Positions 1-8,208 of a stretch of DNA of 64,000 bases are shown here, one piece after another (position 1 is the stretch's first letter; the number at the start of each line of letters is the position of its first letter). Source of the stretch: Bordetella parapertussis (GTDB lineage Bacteria; Pseudomonadota; Gammaproteobacteria; Burkholderiales; SG8-39); NCBI GenBank assembly GCA_945861875.1, contig CAMAWC010000001.1, positions 41,805-105,804 of the forward strand, read 5' to 3'. Position numbers and translations under genes: made by a program. The notes beneath the pieces were generated by a model. It made no database searches. It saw only the letters and a list, made by a program, of their open reading frames with translations, and was not told the origin of the DNA.

Positions 1-174
1 AACTATTTTTTGTATTATAAACAATGCATTATTCTATATTTTAGGAATATTTCGGAAAATAAAACCCGGATCGGCTGAATCTGGCCATCGCATTGCAAGA
101 AAAAGTTAAGTAATTGAATTTTATATATTTTACGACTCATTGTTAAATTTTATGCTGCACTGCGCAAATATTTC

Positions 175-202
175 TTGACATGGTTTGTTTTGTCGGTAGA
201 AT
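175..202 (+). promoter_or_regulatory. Putative sigma70 promoter of the phasin gene (TTGACA-16 nt-TAGAAT)
   Basis: TTGACA lies at 175-180 and TAGAAT at 197-202, about 90 nt upstream of the phaP ATG, in an AT-rich intergenic stretch. Read by eye, no score computed. Confidence 0.5.
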
Positions 203-291
203 TTGGGTTGTTGCAGCGCAATATCTATCGACTAACCCAGTAACAAGAGCCTAGACAATGCAGTCCGGGCTCACAGACAAGGAGAATTAAC

Positions 292-846
292 ATGTATGTG
301 ACCCCTGAACAAATCGTCGCCACGAACAAAGCCGGCGTTGACGCCTTCCTGAACCTGGCTTACACCCAGTTTGCCGCGTTCGAGAAACTCTCGGCGCTGA
401 ACTTCAACGCCACCAAAGCCGCTTTCGAAGACAGCGTGGGCATCGCCAAGGCGATCACCGGCGTCAAGGACGTGCAAGAACTGATGAACCTCAACGCTTC
501 GATCGCCCAACCGGCGATGGAAAAAGCGCTGGCCTACTCGCGCAATGTCTACGAAGTCACTTCGGCGACCCAGGGCGAGTTCACCAAGGCCGTTGAAGGC
601 CAGGCTTCCGGTTTCAACAAAGGCGTAGCCGGCATGCTGGACAAGGTTGCCCAGAACGCGCCGGCCGGTTCGGATGTGGCTGTTGCCGCTGTGAAATCGG
701 CCCTGGCCGCCGCCAACACCGCCTATGACAGCATGACCAAGGCTGCCAAGCAGGCGACCGAGATGGCGCAGACCAACTTCGCCACCGCAACCGCTGCCGC
801 AACCAACGCCGTTGCAAGCAAAACGACGGCGAAGAAAAAAGCCTAA
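292..846 (+). CDS. phaP: Phasin (PHA granule-associated protein, PhaP family)
   Basis: 184-aa ORF with an AAGGAG RBS about 8 nt upstream. It is an Ala-rich protein collinear, from memory, with Ralstonia-type PhaP1 (TPEQ near the N-terminus, LAYSRNVYEV, TQGEFTK, NAPAGSD, VKSALAAANTAYDS, C-terminal KTTAKKKA). A strong terminator follows. Confidence 0.9.
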   Translation: MYVTPEQIVATNKAGVDAFLNLAYTQFAAFEKLSALNFNATKAAFEDSVGIAKAITGVKDVQELMNLNASIAQPAMEKALAYSRNVYEVTSATQGEFTKAVEGQASGFNKGVAGMLDKVAQNAPAGSDVAVAAVKSALAAANTAYDSMTKAAKQATEMAQTNFATATAAATNAVASKTTAKKKA

Positions 847-870
847 GCTTTTTCTCCGCAGTACATTAAA

Positions 871-897
871 AAGCCCCGCGTAAGCGGGGCTTTTTTT
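871..897. terminator. Rho-independent terminator between convergent phaP and the CinA-like gene
   Basis: GCCCCGC (873-879), GTAA loop and GCGGGGC (884-890) form a hairpin followed by a T7 run. An A-run on the 5' side makes it usable in both directions. Confidence 0.8.
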
Positions 898-947
898 ATG
901 GCCAACGCGCCAATGTGCCGCAGCGGTACCCGCTCCGGCACCGCCGC

Positions 948-1712
948 TCAATCGATCGCCTTGGCGCCGGCTTCTTCCCAGATTCCCTTGACCGCTTCAA
1001 CACCCATCTTGATGTCGGACATGGCAAGGGCCACCTCGCCCGGCTTGCCCCGCACACCCAGTTCAATATGGCGCCGCGTTCCATCCTCGCCCATATGCGG
1101 CAGGCTGAACACCTTTAGCCCGGAATAGCGCGACTCGATATCCTGCATCAGCGGCGTCAATGTACTTTCGGCCGACTCGTACACAATGATTGACGCCTCA
1201 GCCTCCGGCTCGGCGTTGAACAGGTGCGCGTAACGCGTATCGAGCACCCACTCCACCATCGGCCAGGCCATAACCGGGAATCCAGGCACAAAGTGATGGT
1301 CACCGACGGAGAATCCGGGGATGCGGTTGTACGGATTGGGAATGATGGAGGAGCCAACGGGAAACTCACCCATCTTCAGGCGAAACGGTGTGGTCTCGCC
1401 GCCAAACCGCGCGCGAATCTCGGTCTCGGCATCGGGGTGAAGCCCGATTTCCACACCCGCAGCCGCAGCGGCGCATTGGCGCGTGTGGTCATCCGGTGTC
1501 GCGCCGATGCCGCCGAAACTGAACACGACATCGCCTGCCCCCAGGGTGCGTTTCAACGTAGCCGTTATACGCTCCGGACTGTCACCGATATATTCACACC
1601 ACGCGAGTTTGAGCCCGCGCGCGCCAAGCATGGCGATGAGTTGCGCAAGGTGCTTGTCCTGGCGCTTGCCGCGCATGATTTCGTCGCCGATGATTATTCC
1701 GCCAAAATTCAT
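948..1712 (-). CDS. CinA-like / MoCF-biosynthesis (molybdopterin-binding fold) domain protein
   Basis: 254-aa ORF. The N-terminal half has the MoaB/MogA/CinA-type pattern (IIIGDEIMRG ... VVFSFGGIGATPDDHTRQ). Function not assignable from sequence. Confidence 0.65.
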   Translation of the reverse strand: MNFGGIIIGDEIMRGKRQDKHLAQLIAMLGARGLKLAWCEYIGDSPERITATLKRTLGAGDVVFSFGGIGATPDDHTRQCAAAAAGVEIGLHPDAETEIRARFGGETTPFRLKMGEFPVGSSIIPNPYNRIPGFSVGDHHFVPGFPVMAWPMVEWVLDTRYAHLFNAEPEAEASIIVYESAESTLTPLMQDIESRYSGLKVFSLPHMGEDGTRRHIELGVRGKPGEVALAMSDIKMGVEAVKGIWEEAGAKAID

Positions 1713-1763
1713 ATTTATTCTTTCAATAATAAAAATGTGTGAAGAGCTCGCGTCGCCGCCTGT

Positions 1764-2513
1764 TTAGACCTGCACCGCGATGCCTTCGATCGGACCGGTG
1801 CGAAGCTGCGCCAGGCGGTCGAGGCAATAGTGGATGAAAACCAGTCCGGCGTAGACCGGGGTAAAAAAACCGAGTATCGGTACGTGGCTAACCAGTGAAA
1901 GCAGGATGCCAAGAATGAACAGCGACCCGCGGTTGCGGCTGATGACTGTGTCCATCTCGGCATCGCTCGCGTGTTCGGCCAGCGCATCGTAACGGAATAC
2001 GCGCTGGTTGAGGTAGGCAAAAAGCAGTATGGGCAGGATGGGCCACAACAGCGGCAGCAGCCACAGCGGCAGGGTGAGCAACGCCAGCACCGCAAGAATG
2101 AGCAGCGCGGCGACACTGTTCCACACCGATCCGGCAATGCCGCCGCCGTTGTGGCGCACAAGGCCGGGGTAGTCGCGTTCAGCCACGTGGTTGACCATCG
2201 CCGGCATCGCAAACACGCCGATGATCAGCACCGCGGTGATCAGCACGGCCGGGATAAACAGCAGCGCCAGCACGATCCAGGCAAGGTAGTGCAAACCAAT
2301 GGCGGAAAACGACCAGGTCGTGACGATCAATTCGATGCCCGGCGCGGTACGCACCAGTTCGACCAGCCAGGACAGGGTCTGCGCCCAGAACAGCATCGCC
2401 AGGCCGGCCCAGATCGCCAGAGCAAGCAGCACCGGCCAGATCATCAGGAACAGCATTCTCGGATGCAACAGGCTGATCAAGGCCCCGGTCAGGGCGCGCG
2501 CAATCGGGTTCAT
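1764..2513 (-). CDS. Polytopic inner-membrane protein, EI24/CysZ-like
   Basis: 249-aa ORF with multiple long hydrophobic helices. The overall pattern resembles EI24-domain proteins. Family call is from memory only. Confidence 0.5.
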   Translation of the reverse strand: MNPIARALTGALISLLHPRMLFLMIWPVLLALAIWAGLAMLFWAQTLSWLVELVRTAPGIELIVTTWSFSAIGLHYLAWIVLALLFIPAVLITAVLIIGVFAMPAMVNHVAERDYPGLVRHNGGGIAGSVWNSVAALLILAVLALLTLPLWLLPLLWPILPILLFAYLNQRVFRYDALAEHASDAEMDTVISRNRGSLFILGILLSLVSHVPILGFFTPVYAGLVFIHYCLDRLAQLRTGPIEGIAVQV

Positions 2514-2640
2514 TACCGCGCATTTTATACCGCGCAGTCGATACCTCGCGCCGCGGCAAGCGCCCCTCGCGTACGGGCTTGCTCCAGCACAGCACGCCCT
2601 TTCCTCGTAAGCGGGCGGCAGTAGCGACCGGCCCGCGAGC

Positions 2641-4014
2641 CTAGCGCTCGCGTCCCGCTTCGTGCAGCGTTTTTTGCAACGGGGACAACAGGTAGCTGAT
2701 CACCGTGCGTGTGCCCAGGTGGATTTCGGCGCTCAGTTGCATGCCCGGGGAGATGCGAAATTCCATCCCATCCGAAACGAGCACCGGCACGCGCAAGGCC
2801 ACCAGCGTACGGAAACCCGTCGGCGGCAACATGTGCCCCAGTTCACGCTTTTTTTCACGATTTGCCGCCTCCGGCAGGTCACTGGCATCCGGACTGACAT
2901 GCCTGACCTCCCCCTCGGCCAGGCCGTACTTTTGGAACGGATAGGCGGCAAGTTTTATTTTTACTTTTTGTCCGGCACGCACCAGTCCGGCGTCTTCGTT
3001 GCTTACCCAGATTTCGCACTGCATCGGATCGTCCAGCGGCACCAGCGTCATGACCACGGTACCCGGTCCAACGACACTGCCTACGGTGTGGGTGGCAAGG
3101 TCCTTCACGGTGCCGTCCAGCGGCGCCCTGAGTTCAAGCAGCTCATGACGTTGCGTCAACTTGTCGAGTTCCTGCTGCATGCGATGCTGCTGCGCCTGGG
3201 CTTCCACGCGTTCGTTGTGAAGCTGCTGGCGATAAGCCGAAGTGATCTGGGCAGAGCGCTTTTTGCTTTGCTCGATAGTCGTTGTAAGGCTTTCAATATT
3301 GTGCTCCTGCGCCTTGAGGTCCTGCTCTTTCTCGATACGCTCACGCTGCTTGTCAAGGTAGAGCATGCGTCCGGCGAAACCGTCCCGCGTCAGCTTGTCG
3401 TAGGCCCGCTCCTGTTCGCTGTAGATCGGCATTATTCGCCTCAGCTTGGTCTCCAGCGCCTGGCCGCTGCGCAAATCCTGTTGCGCTTTTGCAAGCACCG
3501 CCTGCTCCGCATCCAGCGCATCCAGATAGGCCTGGCGGCGCGCGCCATACTGCGCCTTCACCTGCGCATGCAAGGCAGGCGAATCGCCGGGCAATAGCTT
3601 TAACGGCCCGCCGGCAAGCTCTGCGTCAATACGGCGCAACTGCAAGTCCTTGAGTCCAAGGTCATTCTGCAACTGGCGCAGATCTGCCGCTGTTGCGCGG
3701 GCATCCATACGGGCAAGAACCTGTCCTTGTCTCACCACACCGCCCTCCCTGACCAAGAGCTCCCGTACGATGCCCGGATCCGAGGGCTGAACAATTTGCA
3801 GGTAGCTAAGGGGGACAACGCGCCCCTGCGCCACGGCAATGATATCCAGGCGCGCGAAAAAGGCCCAAAACAGGAGTGTCCCAAGCAACAGCAACAGCAG
3901 GCAGAGGACGATGCGCGGCATTGGCGACGGCGGCGTCCTCTGCAGGCGCAATATATCGGGAGAAAATGCGGCGGCCTGATCATCGCCCGCTCCCCGTGCG
4001 CCCTGATTACTCAC
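2641..4014 (-). CDS. HlyD-family type I secretion periplasmic adaptor
   Basis: 457-aa ORF with a single N-terminal TM (IVLCLLLLLLGTLLFWAFFA) and a long coiled-coil middle (repeated Q/L/R/E heptads). The C-terminal beta-rich part is typical of T1SS membrane-fusion proteins. It overlaps the upstream ABC gene by 8 nt. Confidence 0.85.
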   Translation of the reverse strand: MSNQGARGAGDDQAAAFSPDILRLQRTPPSPMPRIVLCLLLLLLGTLLFWAFFARLDIIAVAQGRVVPLSYLQIVQPSDPGIVRELLVREGGVVRQGQVLARMDARATAADLRQLQNDLGLKDLQLRRIDAELAGGPLKLLPGDSPALHAQVKAQYGARRQAYLDALDAEQAVLAKAQQDLRSGQALETKLRRIMPIYSEQERAYDKLTRDGFAGRMLYLDKQRERIEKEQDLKAQEHNIESLTTTIEQSKKRSAQITSAYRQQLHNERVEAQAQQHRMQQELDKLTQRHELLELRAPLDGTVKDLATHTVGSVVGPGTVVMTLVPLDDPMQCEIWVSNEDAGLVRAGQKVKIKLAAYPFQKYGLAEGEVRHVSPDASDLPEAANREKKRELGHMLPPTGFRTLVALRVPVLVSDGMEFRISPGMQLSAEIHLGTRTVISYLLSPLQKTLHEAGRER

Positions 4015-6091
4015 GCACCGCCCCCCCTAGCGTGCAGACCGAGTCGAACTTCAAACTGGCGGGCAACTTGTGGGCAATGAAAAGAATACTCATGCCGCCC
4101 TTAAGGCGGCTCACAGTACGTCCGATTTGCTCGGAGGTTTCGATGTCAAGATTGCTCCCCGCCTCATCGAAAATAAGCACCCGCGGCTTTCTCAGCAACG
4201 CCCGGGCGATCGCCAGGCGTTGTTTCTGTCCGCCGGAGAGTCCGACACCGTGCTCCCCGACGCGCGTCTGGTAACCCTCGGGAAGTTGCTCGATGTAGTC
4301 GTGAATCTCAGCCAGCTTGCAGGCGCGAGCCATGTCCTCCATACCCGCATGCGGATCCGCGCTCAGGAGATTGTCGTGCAAGGTACCCGAAAACAGCACC
4401 GTATCCTGCAGGACTACGCCAAAATGCGCGCGCAATTCGCTCACCGGCATGTTGCGGGTATCACAGCCGTTCACAAGAATCCTGCCGTCAGTCGGCATAC
4501 ACGTGCCCAGCAGCAGCCGCGCCAATGTACTCTTGCCGCTGCCCGAGGGGCCCATCAATGCAACACACTCCCCGGGGCCGAGACGGAAATTGAAATCACG
4601 GTACAGATAGGGAAGATTCTCGGCATGTCGAAAGCTGACATCCGAAAATTGAATGGTTGTGTTGTCGGATGGAGGACGGGTCGGCACCAACGAATCGGGC
4701 TCGGGTGGCGCGTTCATCACATCCCCAAGGCGTTGCACTGCGACCGCCGCCTGCTGGAATTCCTGCCATAAGCCGCTCAGGCGCAAAAGCGGCTGGGCAA
4801 GACGGGCGGAGAACATCTGGAATGCAACCAACATGCCAATGGTGAAGCCTTCGTTCTGCATTACCATCCACGCGCCCAGAACCAGAACCGCCAGGGTCAG
4901 CATCTGCTCGATGAAGTTTGCGCACACGCCATAGGCATTGGTGATTTGGCGGGTACTGAAGCCGGCGGCGAGATAGCCGGCGAGAAAGTCGTTGTACTTC
5001 ACCTTTAGTTGCGGCTCCATTTGCAGCGCCTTGACCGTCTCAATTCCGGCGATATGTTCGGTGACAAATGCCTGATTGCGCGCTCCGGCGACAAACTGGC
5101 GATTCAAGCGCGTGCGTATCGCAGGCACTATCGCCAAGCTTAACAACACCACCAATGTGAGCGCGGCGATGACCACCAGCGACAACAACCAGCTGTACCA
5201 GAACATGATGGCGATGAAGACCAGCATAAAAGGCAGGTCAAGCAGCAGCGTGACGGCTGCACCGCTGACAAACTCGCGTATCGTATCGACGCCCTGCAGT
5301 CTTGCGACGACAGTACCGGTCGGACGCTGGTCAAAATAACGGGTTGGCAACGCCATCAGGTGTGCGAACACACGGGAACCGAGCACCGCGTCCACGCGAT
5401 TGCCGGTATGAAGTACGAGGTATTGCCTTATCCAACTCAATGCCGCCGAGAACAACATGAAAATGAACAGGGCAATCGCCACCACGATCAGCGTATTTGA
5501 CGTCTGGTGCACAACCACCCTGTCAATAATCACCTGCGTGCACAGCGGCACCGCCAACGCCATCAACTGGACAGCAAGCGAAGCGGCCAGCACATCGCGC
5601 CAGATGCGCCTGTGCTTGAGCAATTCCGGAACAAACCAAGAGAAACCGAATGAGGGTCGCCCCTTTTGGATGTCATTGTCGGGCTCCCGTCCGGCACGGG
5701 CGAAACGGACAACCTCCCCGTTGAACGCCCTGCTAAATTCTGCAACCGGTTTGATTGACGCGGCTTCACCCAAGGCATTCAGCAGCGTCACTCCTGACTC
5801 CCCGGCCGCGACTACCAGCTCTATGCCACAAGTAGGAGTGGCGGCTTGGTCATCTGCCGAAACGAGCGCAAAACAGGGAAGTTGCCCCGCCAGCAGGGTG
5901 TCAGTCTGCTCGGCCGCAAGCTCTGCCTTAAGTCCGAGTGCGGTTGCGGCAAGAACCAGGCTGTCTGCCGTATAGGGAGGGGAAAAACGCCGACGGACGC
6001 GTTCAAGATCAACCGCCAAGCCCTCGAGCTTGCACGCGCAGCCCAAGGACCAGAGAAAATCTTCGGTCGACAGTATTTGCTTCGCCCTCAC
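4007..6091 (-). CDS. Type I secretion ABC transporter, fused permease/ATPase with N-terminal C39-like domain (HlyB-like)
   Basis: 694-aa ORF with an N-terminal domain of about 130 aa, a six-helix TMD, Walker A GPSGSGKST, signature LSGGQKQR and Walker B LIFDEA. By manual alignment the position of the C39 catalytic Cys is not Cys (region STEDFLWSLG). Confidence 0.85.
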   Translation of the reverse strand: MRAKQILSTEDFLWSLGCACKLEGLAVDLERVRRRFSPPYTADSLVLAATALGLKAELAAEQTDTLLAGQLPCFALVSADDQAATPTCGIELVVAAGESGVTLLNALGEAASIKPVAEFSRAFNGEVVRFARAGREPDNDIQKGRPSFGFSWFVPELLKHRRIWRDVLAASLAVQLMALAVPLCTQVIIDRVVVHQTSNTLIVVAIALFIFMLFSAALSWIRQYLVLHTGNRVDAVLGSRVFAHLMALPTRYFDQRPTGTVVARLQGVDTIREFVSGAAVTLLLDLPFMLVFIAIMFWYSWLLSLVVIAALTLVVLLSLAIVPAIRTRLNRQFVAGARNQAFVTEHIAGIETVKALQMEPQLKVKYNDFLAGYLAAGFSTRQITNAYGVCANFIEQMLTLAVLVLGAWMVMQNEGFTIGMLVAFQMFSARLAQPLLRLSGLWQEFQQAAVAVQRLGDVMNAPPEPDSLVPTRPPSDNTTIQFSDVSFRHAENLPYLYRDFNFRLGPGECVALMGPSGSGKSTLARLLLGTCMPTDGRILVNGCDTRNMPVSELRAHFGVVLQDTVLFSGTLHDNLLSADPHAGMEDMARACKLAEIHDYIEQLPEGYQTRVGEHGVGLSGGQKQRLAIARALLRKPRVLIFDEAGSNLDIETSEQIGRTVSRLKGGMSILFIAHKLPASLKFDSVCTLGGAVRE

Positions 6092-6258
6092 GCAAGCCCT
6101 CCCTTGACGCGCGTGGTTTGTTACGAATGCAGCCAGTGGAGAAAATCCTACACCCAGCGGGCGAAACGGCCTATTAGGCCAAAAGGCCTATTTAACCCAC
6201 CAATAGAAGTGCGGAGTAACGCGAGATATCGGATGAACGCACCGGAGCCCGGCGGGAA

Positions 6259-6969
6259 CTAGCCGATCGCTGCGGTCTTGACCGGTACGGTCGGTGCCGG
6301 CTGCTGGGCGCGCTGTGCCGTCACCAGAAGGCGCTGGTGCTCAGCCATTACTTTTTGCGCGTACTGACTTGACGAGTCGTCAAGCGCGCCGGCGTAGTAT
6401 TGCAACGCCGACTCCACACTACCGGTGCGCCGGATGTACTCCTTAAGAATACGTGATCCGACCATGATGTTGGTCATCGGGTCGAGTACCGCATCCTTGC
6501 CCCCGTGGGCTTCGAGCTTGTCCTGGTGATACTTGGGTATGACCTGCATTAAGCCCTTGGCGCCAACGACACTCTCGGCGATGGGGTTGAAGCGTGATTC
6601 GATTGCCATGACTGCCAGTATCAGCAACGGATCAACGCCGGTTTTGCCGCCCGCCTCGTGCGCCGCACCGACCAATTGCTCGGTAGCGTCTATGGAGACC
6701 TTGTATTTGCGCGAGAGGTAGGTGGCGAGCGCCTTTTGGCGCGGGTTGCTCACCTCATCAGCCGGTTCAAACAGGGAAATCCCGTCATAGCGAATGGTGC
6801 CAAATGCGGGTGCCGAGTTGCGCGCCTTGGCATCGGGCAGCAAACTCCCGCCCTGGGTGAGAATCACCAGAAGAGATGCCAATCCGACCAAGGCCAAGCC
6901 ATTGTGTAGTGCAGCGACGATAATGCCATTGGCCGATTTCGTCAGCTGTTTCAACGCGGTTATGTTCAT
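6259..6969 (-). CDS. Membrane-anchored lytic transglycosylase (SLT domain)
   Basis: SLT motif: ILAVMAIESRFNPIAESVVGAKGLMQVIP. An N-terminal hydrophobic anchor is present. I prefer the ATG at 6969 (GGAGG 8 nt upstream) over the TTG at 6984 used by the ORF track. Confidence 0.8.
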   Translation of the reverse strand: MNITALKQLTKSANGIIVAALHNGLALVGLASLLVILTQGGSLLPDAKARNSAPAFGTIRYDGISLFEPADEVSNPRQKALATYLSRKYKVSIDATEQLVGAAHEAGGKTGVDPLLILAVMAIESRFNPIAESVVGAKGLMQVIPKYHQDKLEAHGGKDAVLDPMTNIMVGSRILKEYIRRTGSVESALQYYAGALDDSSSQYAQKVMAEHQRLLVTAQRAQQPAPTVPVKTAAIG

Positions 6970-7217
6970 AGCATTGACCTCCAAACTTAACTGCCTGCAT
7001 CAGGCGACATAATCTTTTTTAAAATCAAGTTACAAGAGTCCACAGCAGGGTCTAAACCCGGCAAAGAAACCCGCCATTCTTGATTATTGGTCCCAGCCTG
7101 CATTTACTTAGCCGCAGGTCCGGTGCTGCTCAGGTTGTCGTACTCGGGTCCCTCGCCGGGCACCCAGTTTCGCAACGCATCAAAGCAAGCAAAACAGATG
7201 TGATCTAAAGAAACGTT

Positions 7218-7246
7218 ATTATAATGAAACGGTTAGCTTAGGTCAA
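7218..7246 (-). promoter_or_regulatory. Strong sigma70-type promoter (TTGACC-17 nt-TATAAT) upstream of the SLT/T1SS genes
   Basis: On the minus strand TTGACC lies at 7246-7241 and TATAAT at 7223-7218 with a 17-nt spacer. This predicts a leader of about 240 nt before the SLT ATG at 6969. Confidence 0.5.
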
Positions 7247-7272
7247 GCCACCAATAACGCCTCACATGCCAA

Positions 7273-7291
7273 ATTGTTGCTTTGCAACAAT
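7273..7291. promoter_or_regulatory. Perfect inverted repeat ATTGTTGC-ttt-GCAACAAT, candidate transcription-factor site
   Basis: 8-bp arms with a 3-bp spacer, centred about 39 bp upstream of the centre of the -35 hexamer of the 7218-7246 promoter (roughly position -70, an activator-like position). No cognate regulator identified. Confidence 0.35.
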
Positions 7292-7325
7292 AGTTTATCG
7301 AAAGCTTTAAAAAACTATAAAAACC

Positions 7326-7380
7326 CCGGCTGGACCTACCGAGCACCTGATAAGATATCTGTGCTCGGTAGGCCAGCCGG
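7326..7380 (-). terminator. Rho-independent terminator of the H1-like gene
   Basis: 20/21-bp stem (CCGGCTGGACCTACCGAGCAC ... GTGCTCGGTAGGCCAGCCGG) with a 14-nt loop. On the minus strand it is followed by GGTTTTTATAGTTTTTT. A second hairpin (CTGCGGA..TCCGCAG) lies at about 7400-7440. Confidence 0.8.
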
Positions 7381-7463
7381 GCAATCACCCTTGTAGTACG
7401 ACGAATGTCTGCGGATCAGCCGGTGCCGAAACATCGGCTGTCCGCAGTTCATTCGCATCCCGC

Positions 7464-7817
7464 TTAAGGCCGGGAGCCGGTAGGAAACGGCCATGCTGCT
7501 GCCGGATTCAGGGCAGTTTTCACCCCTGGCGTTGCCGCGGTGGACGGTGCTATGTGAGCCATCGTCCGAACCATCGGCACCGCCGCCTTCGCAGCTGGCT
7601 TTTTTGCCGGCTTCTTCGCCGCTATCTTTTTTTTCTTGGCTGGCTTTTTAGCCGCCTTTTTTTTTGCGGGCTTCTTCTTTACCGCTTTTTTTTTGGCTGG
7701 TTTCTTTTTACTAGCCTTTTTTTTTGCGGGTTTTTTCTTTGCAGCCTTTTTCTTTGCAGCTTTTTTGGCTGGCTTTTTCTTAGCAGCTTTTTTCGCGGGT
7801 TTTTTCTTGGTAGCCAT
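7464..7817 (-). CDS. Histone H1-like, Lys/Ala/Pro-repeat nucleoid-associated protein
   Basis: 117-aa ORF with AAGGAG RBS. About 75 aa are KKPAKKAA-type repeats, followed by a non-repetitive tail (..VRTMAHIAPSTAATPGVKTALNPAAAWPFPTGSRP). Confidence 0.75.
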   Translation of the reverse strand: MATKKKPAKKAAKKKPAKKAAKKKAAKKKPAKKKASKKKPAKKKAVKKKPAKKKAAKKPAKKKKIAAKKPAKKPAAKAAVPMVRTMAHIAPSTAATPGVKTALNPAAAWPFPTGSRP

Positions 7818-7879
7818 AGTAAAACTCCTTCTAAAGGTTAAAGGAACAACACAAATTAGCCCGTCCGAACTGGCCCGGA

Positions 7880-8182
7880 CTATCCAACAGCCGGGAAAAA
7901 CCCGGACATGCTGAATTCTTTGCCGCCACTGCCACTTCCCAAAAGATCCTGGTAAAGCGTATCCGGATCAAGTTCGATCCCCGACCCCCAGACCACAGTC
8001 GCCACCTCCGGATCCACACTTGCCTGGCAAAACTGTTCGATATCGCGCCATCCCTTGAACGCCGCGATCTCAAGCAAATTGCCCAGATAAACACTTCCTT
8101 CGAGCCCATCCTCGAACCGCAACCACAGGCGGTAATCCCTGGAGGCCCGGCAATCGGTGATGCGATGCGTGACTGCCTGCAT
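7880..8182 (-). CDS. DUF2442 domain protein
   Basis: 100-aa ORF with a GAGAGAGGG RBS. The pattern ...YRLWLRFEDGLEGSVYL...VDPEVATVVWGSGIELDPDTLY matches DUF2442 as I remember it. Confidence 0.7.
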   Translation of the reverse strand: MQAVTHRITDCRASRDYRLWLRFEDGLEGSVYLGNLLEIAAFKGWRDIEQFCQASVDPEVATVVWGSGIELDPDTLYQDLLGSGSGGKEFSMSGFFPAVG

Positions 8183-8208
8183 TTACCCTCTCTCGCGAAC
8201 CGTGCGGA

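Noticed and set aside
271-951. 226-aa minus-strand ORF overlapping phaP.
   Set aside because: It is antisense to a clearly homologous phasin gene, and its Gly/Arg-rich translation has no motif.
7090-7215. Stop-free minus-strand frame reading ..DHICFACFDALRNWVPGEGPEYDNLSSTGPAAK-stop, which looks protein-like.
   Set aside because: There is no ATG, and only a late TTG/GTG giving about 20 aa or fewer. There is no RBS and it lies inside the predicted leader. It could be a gene relic, but I cannot support it.
7554-7914. Phe/Leu-rich ORFs (95 and 92 aa) on the plus strand.
   Set aside because: They are antisense translations of the Lys/Ala codon repeats of the H1-like gene and are not independent genes.
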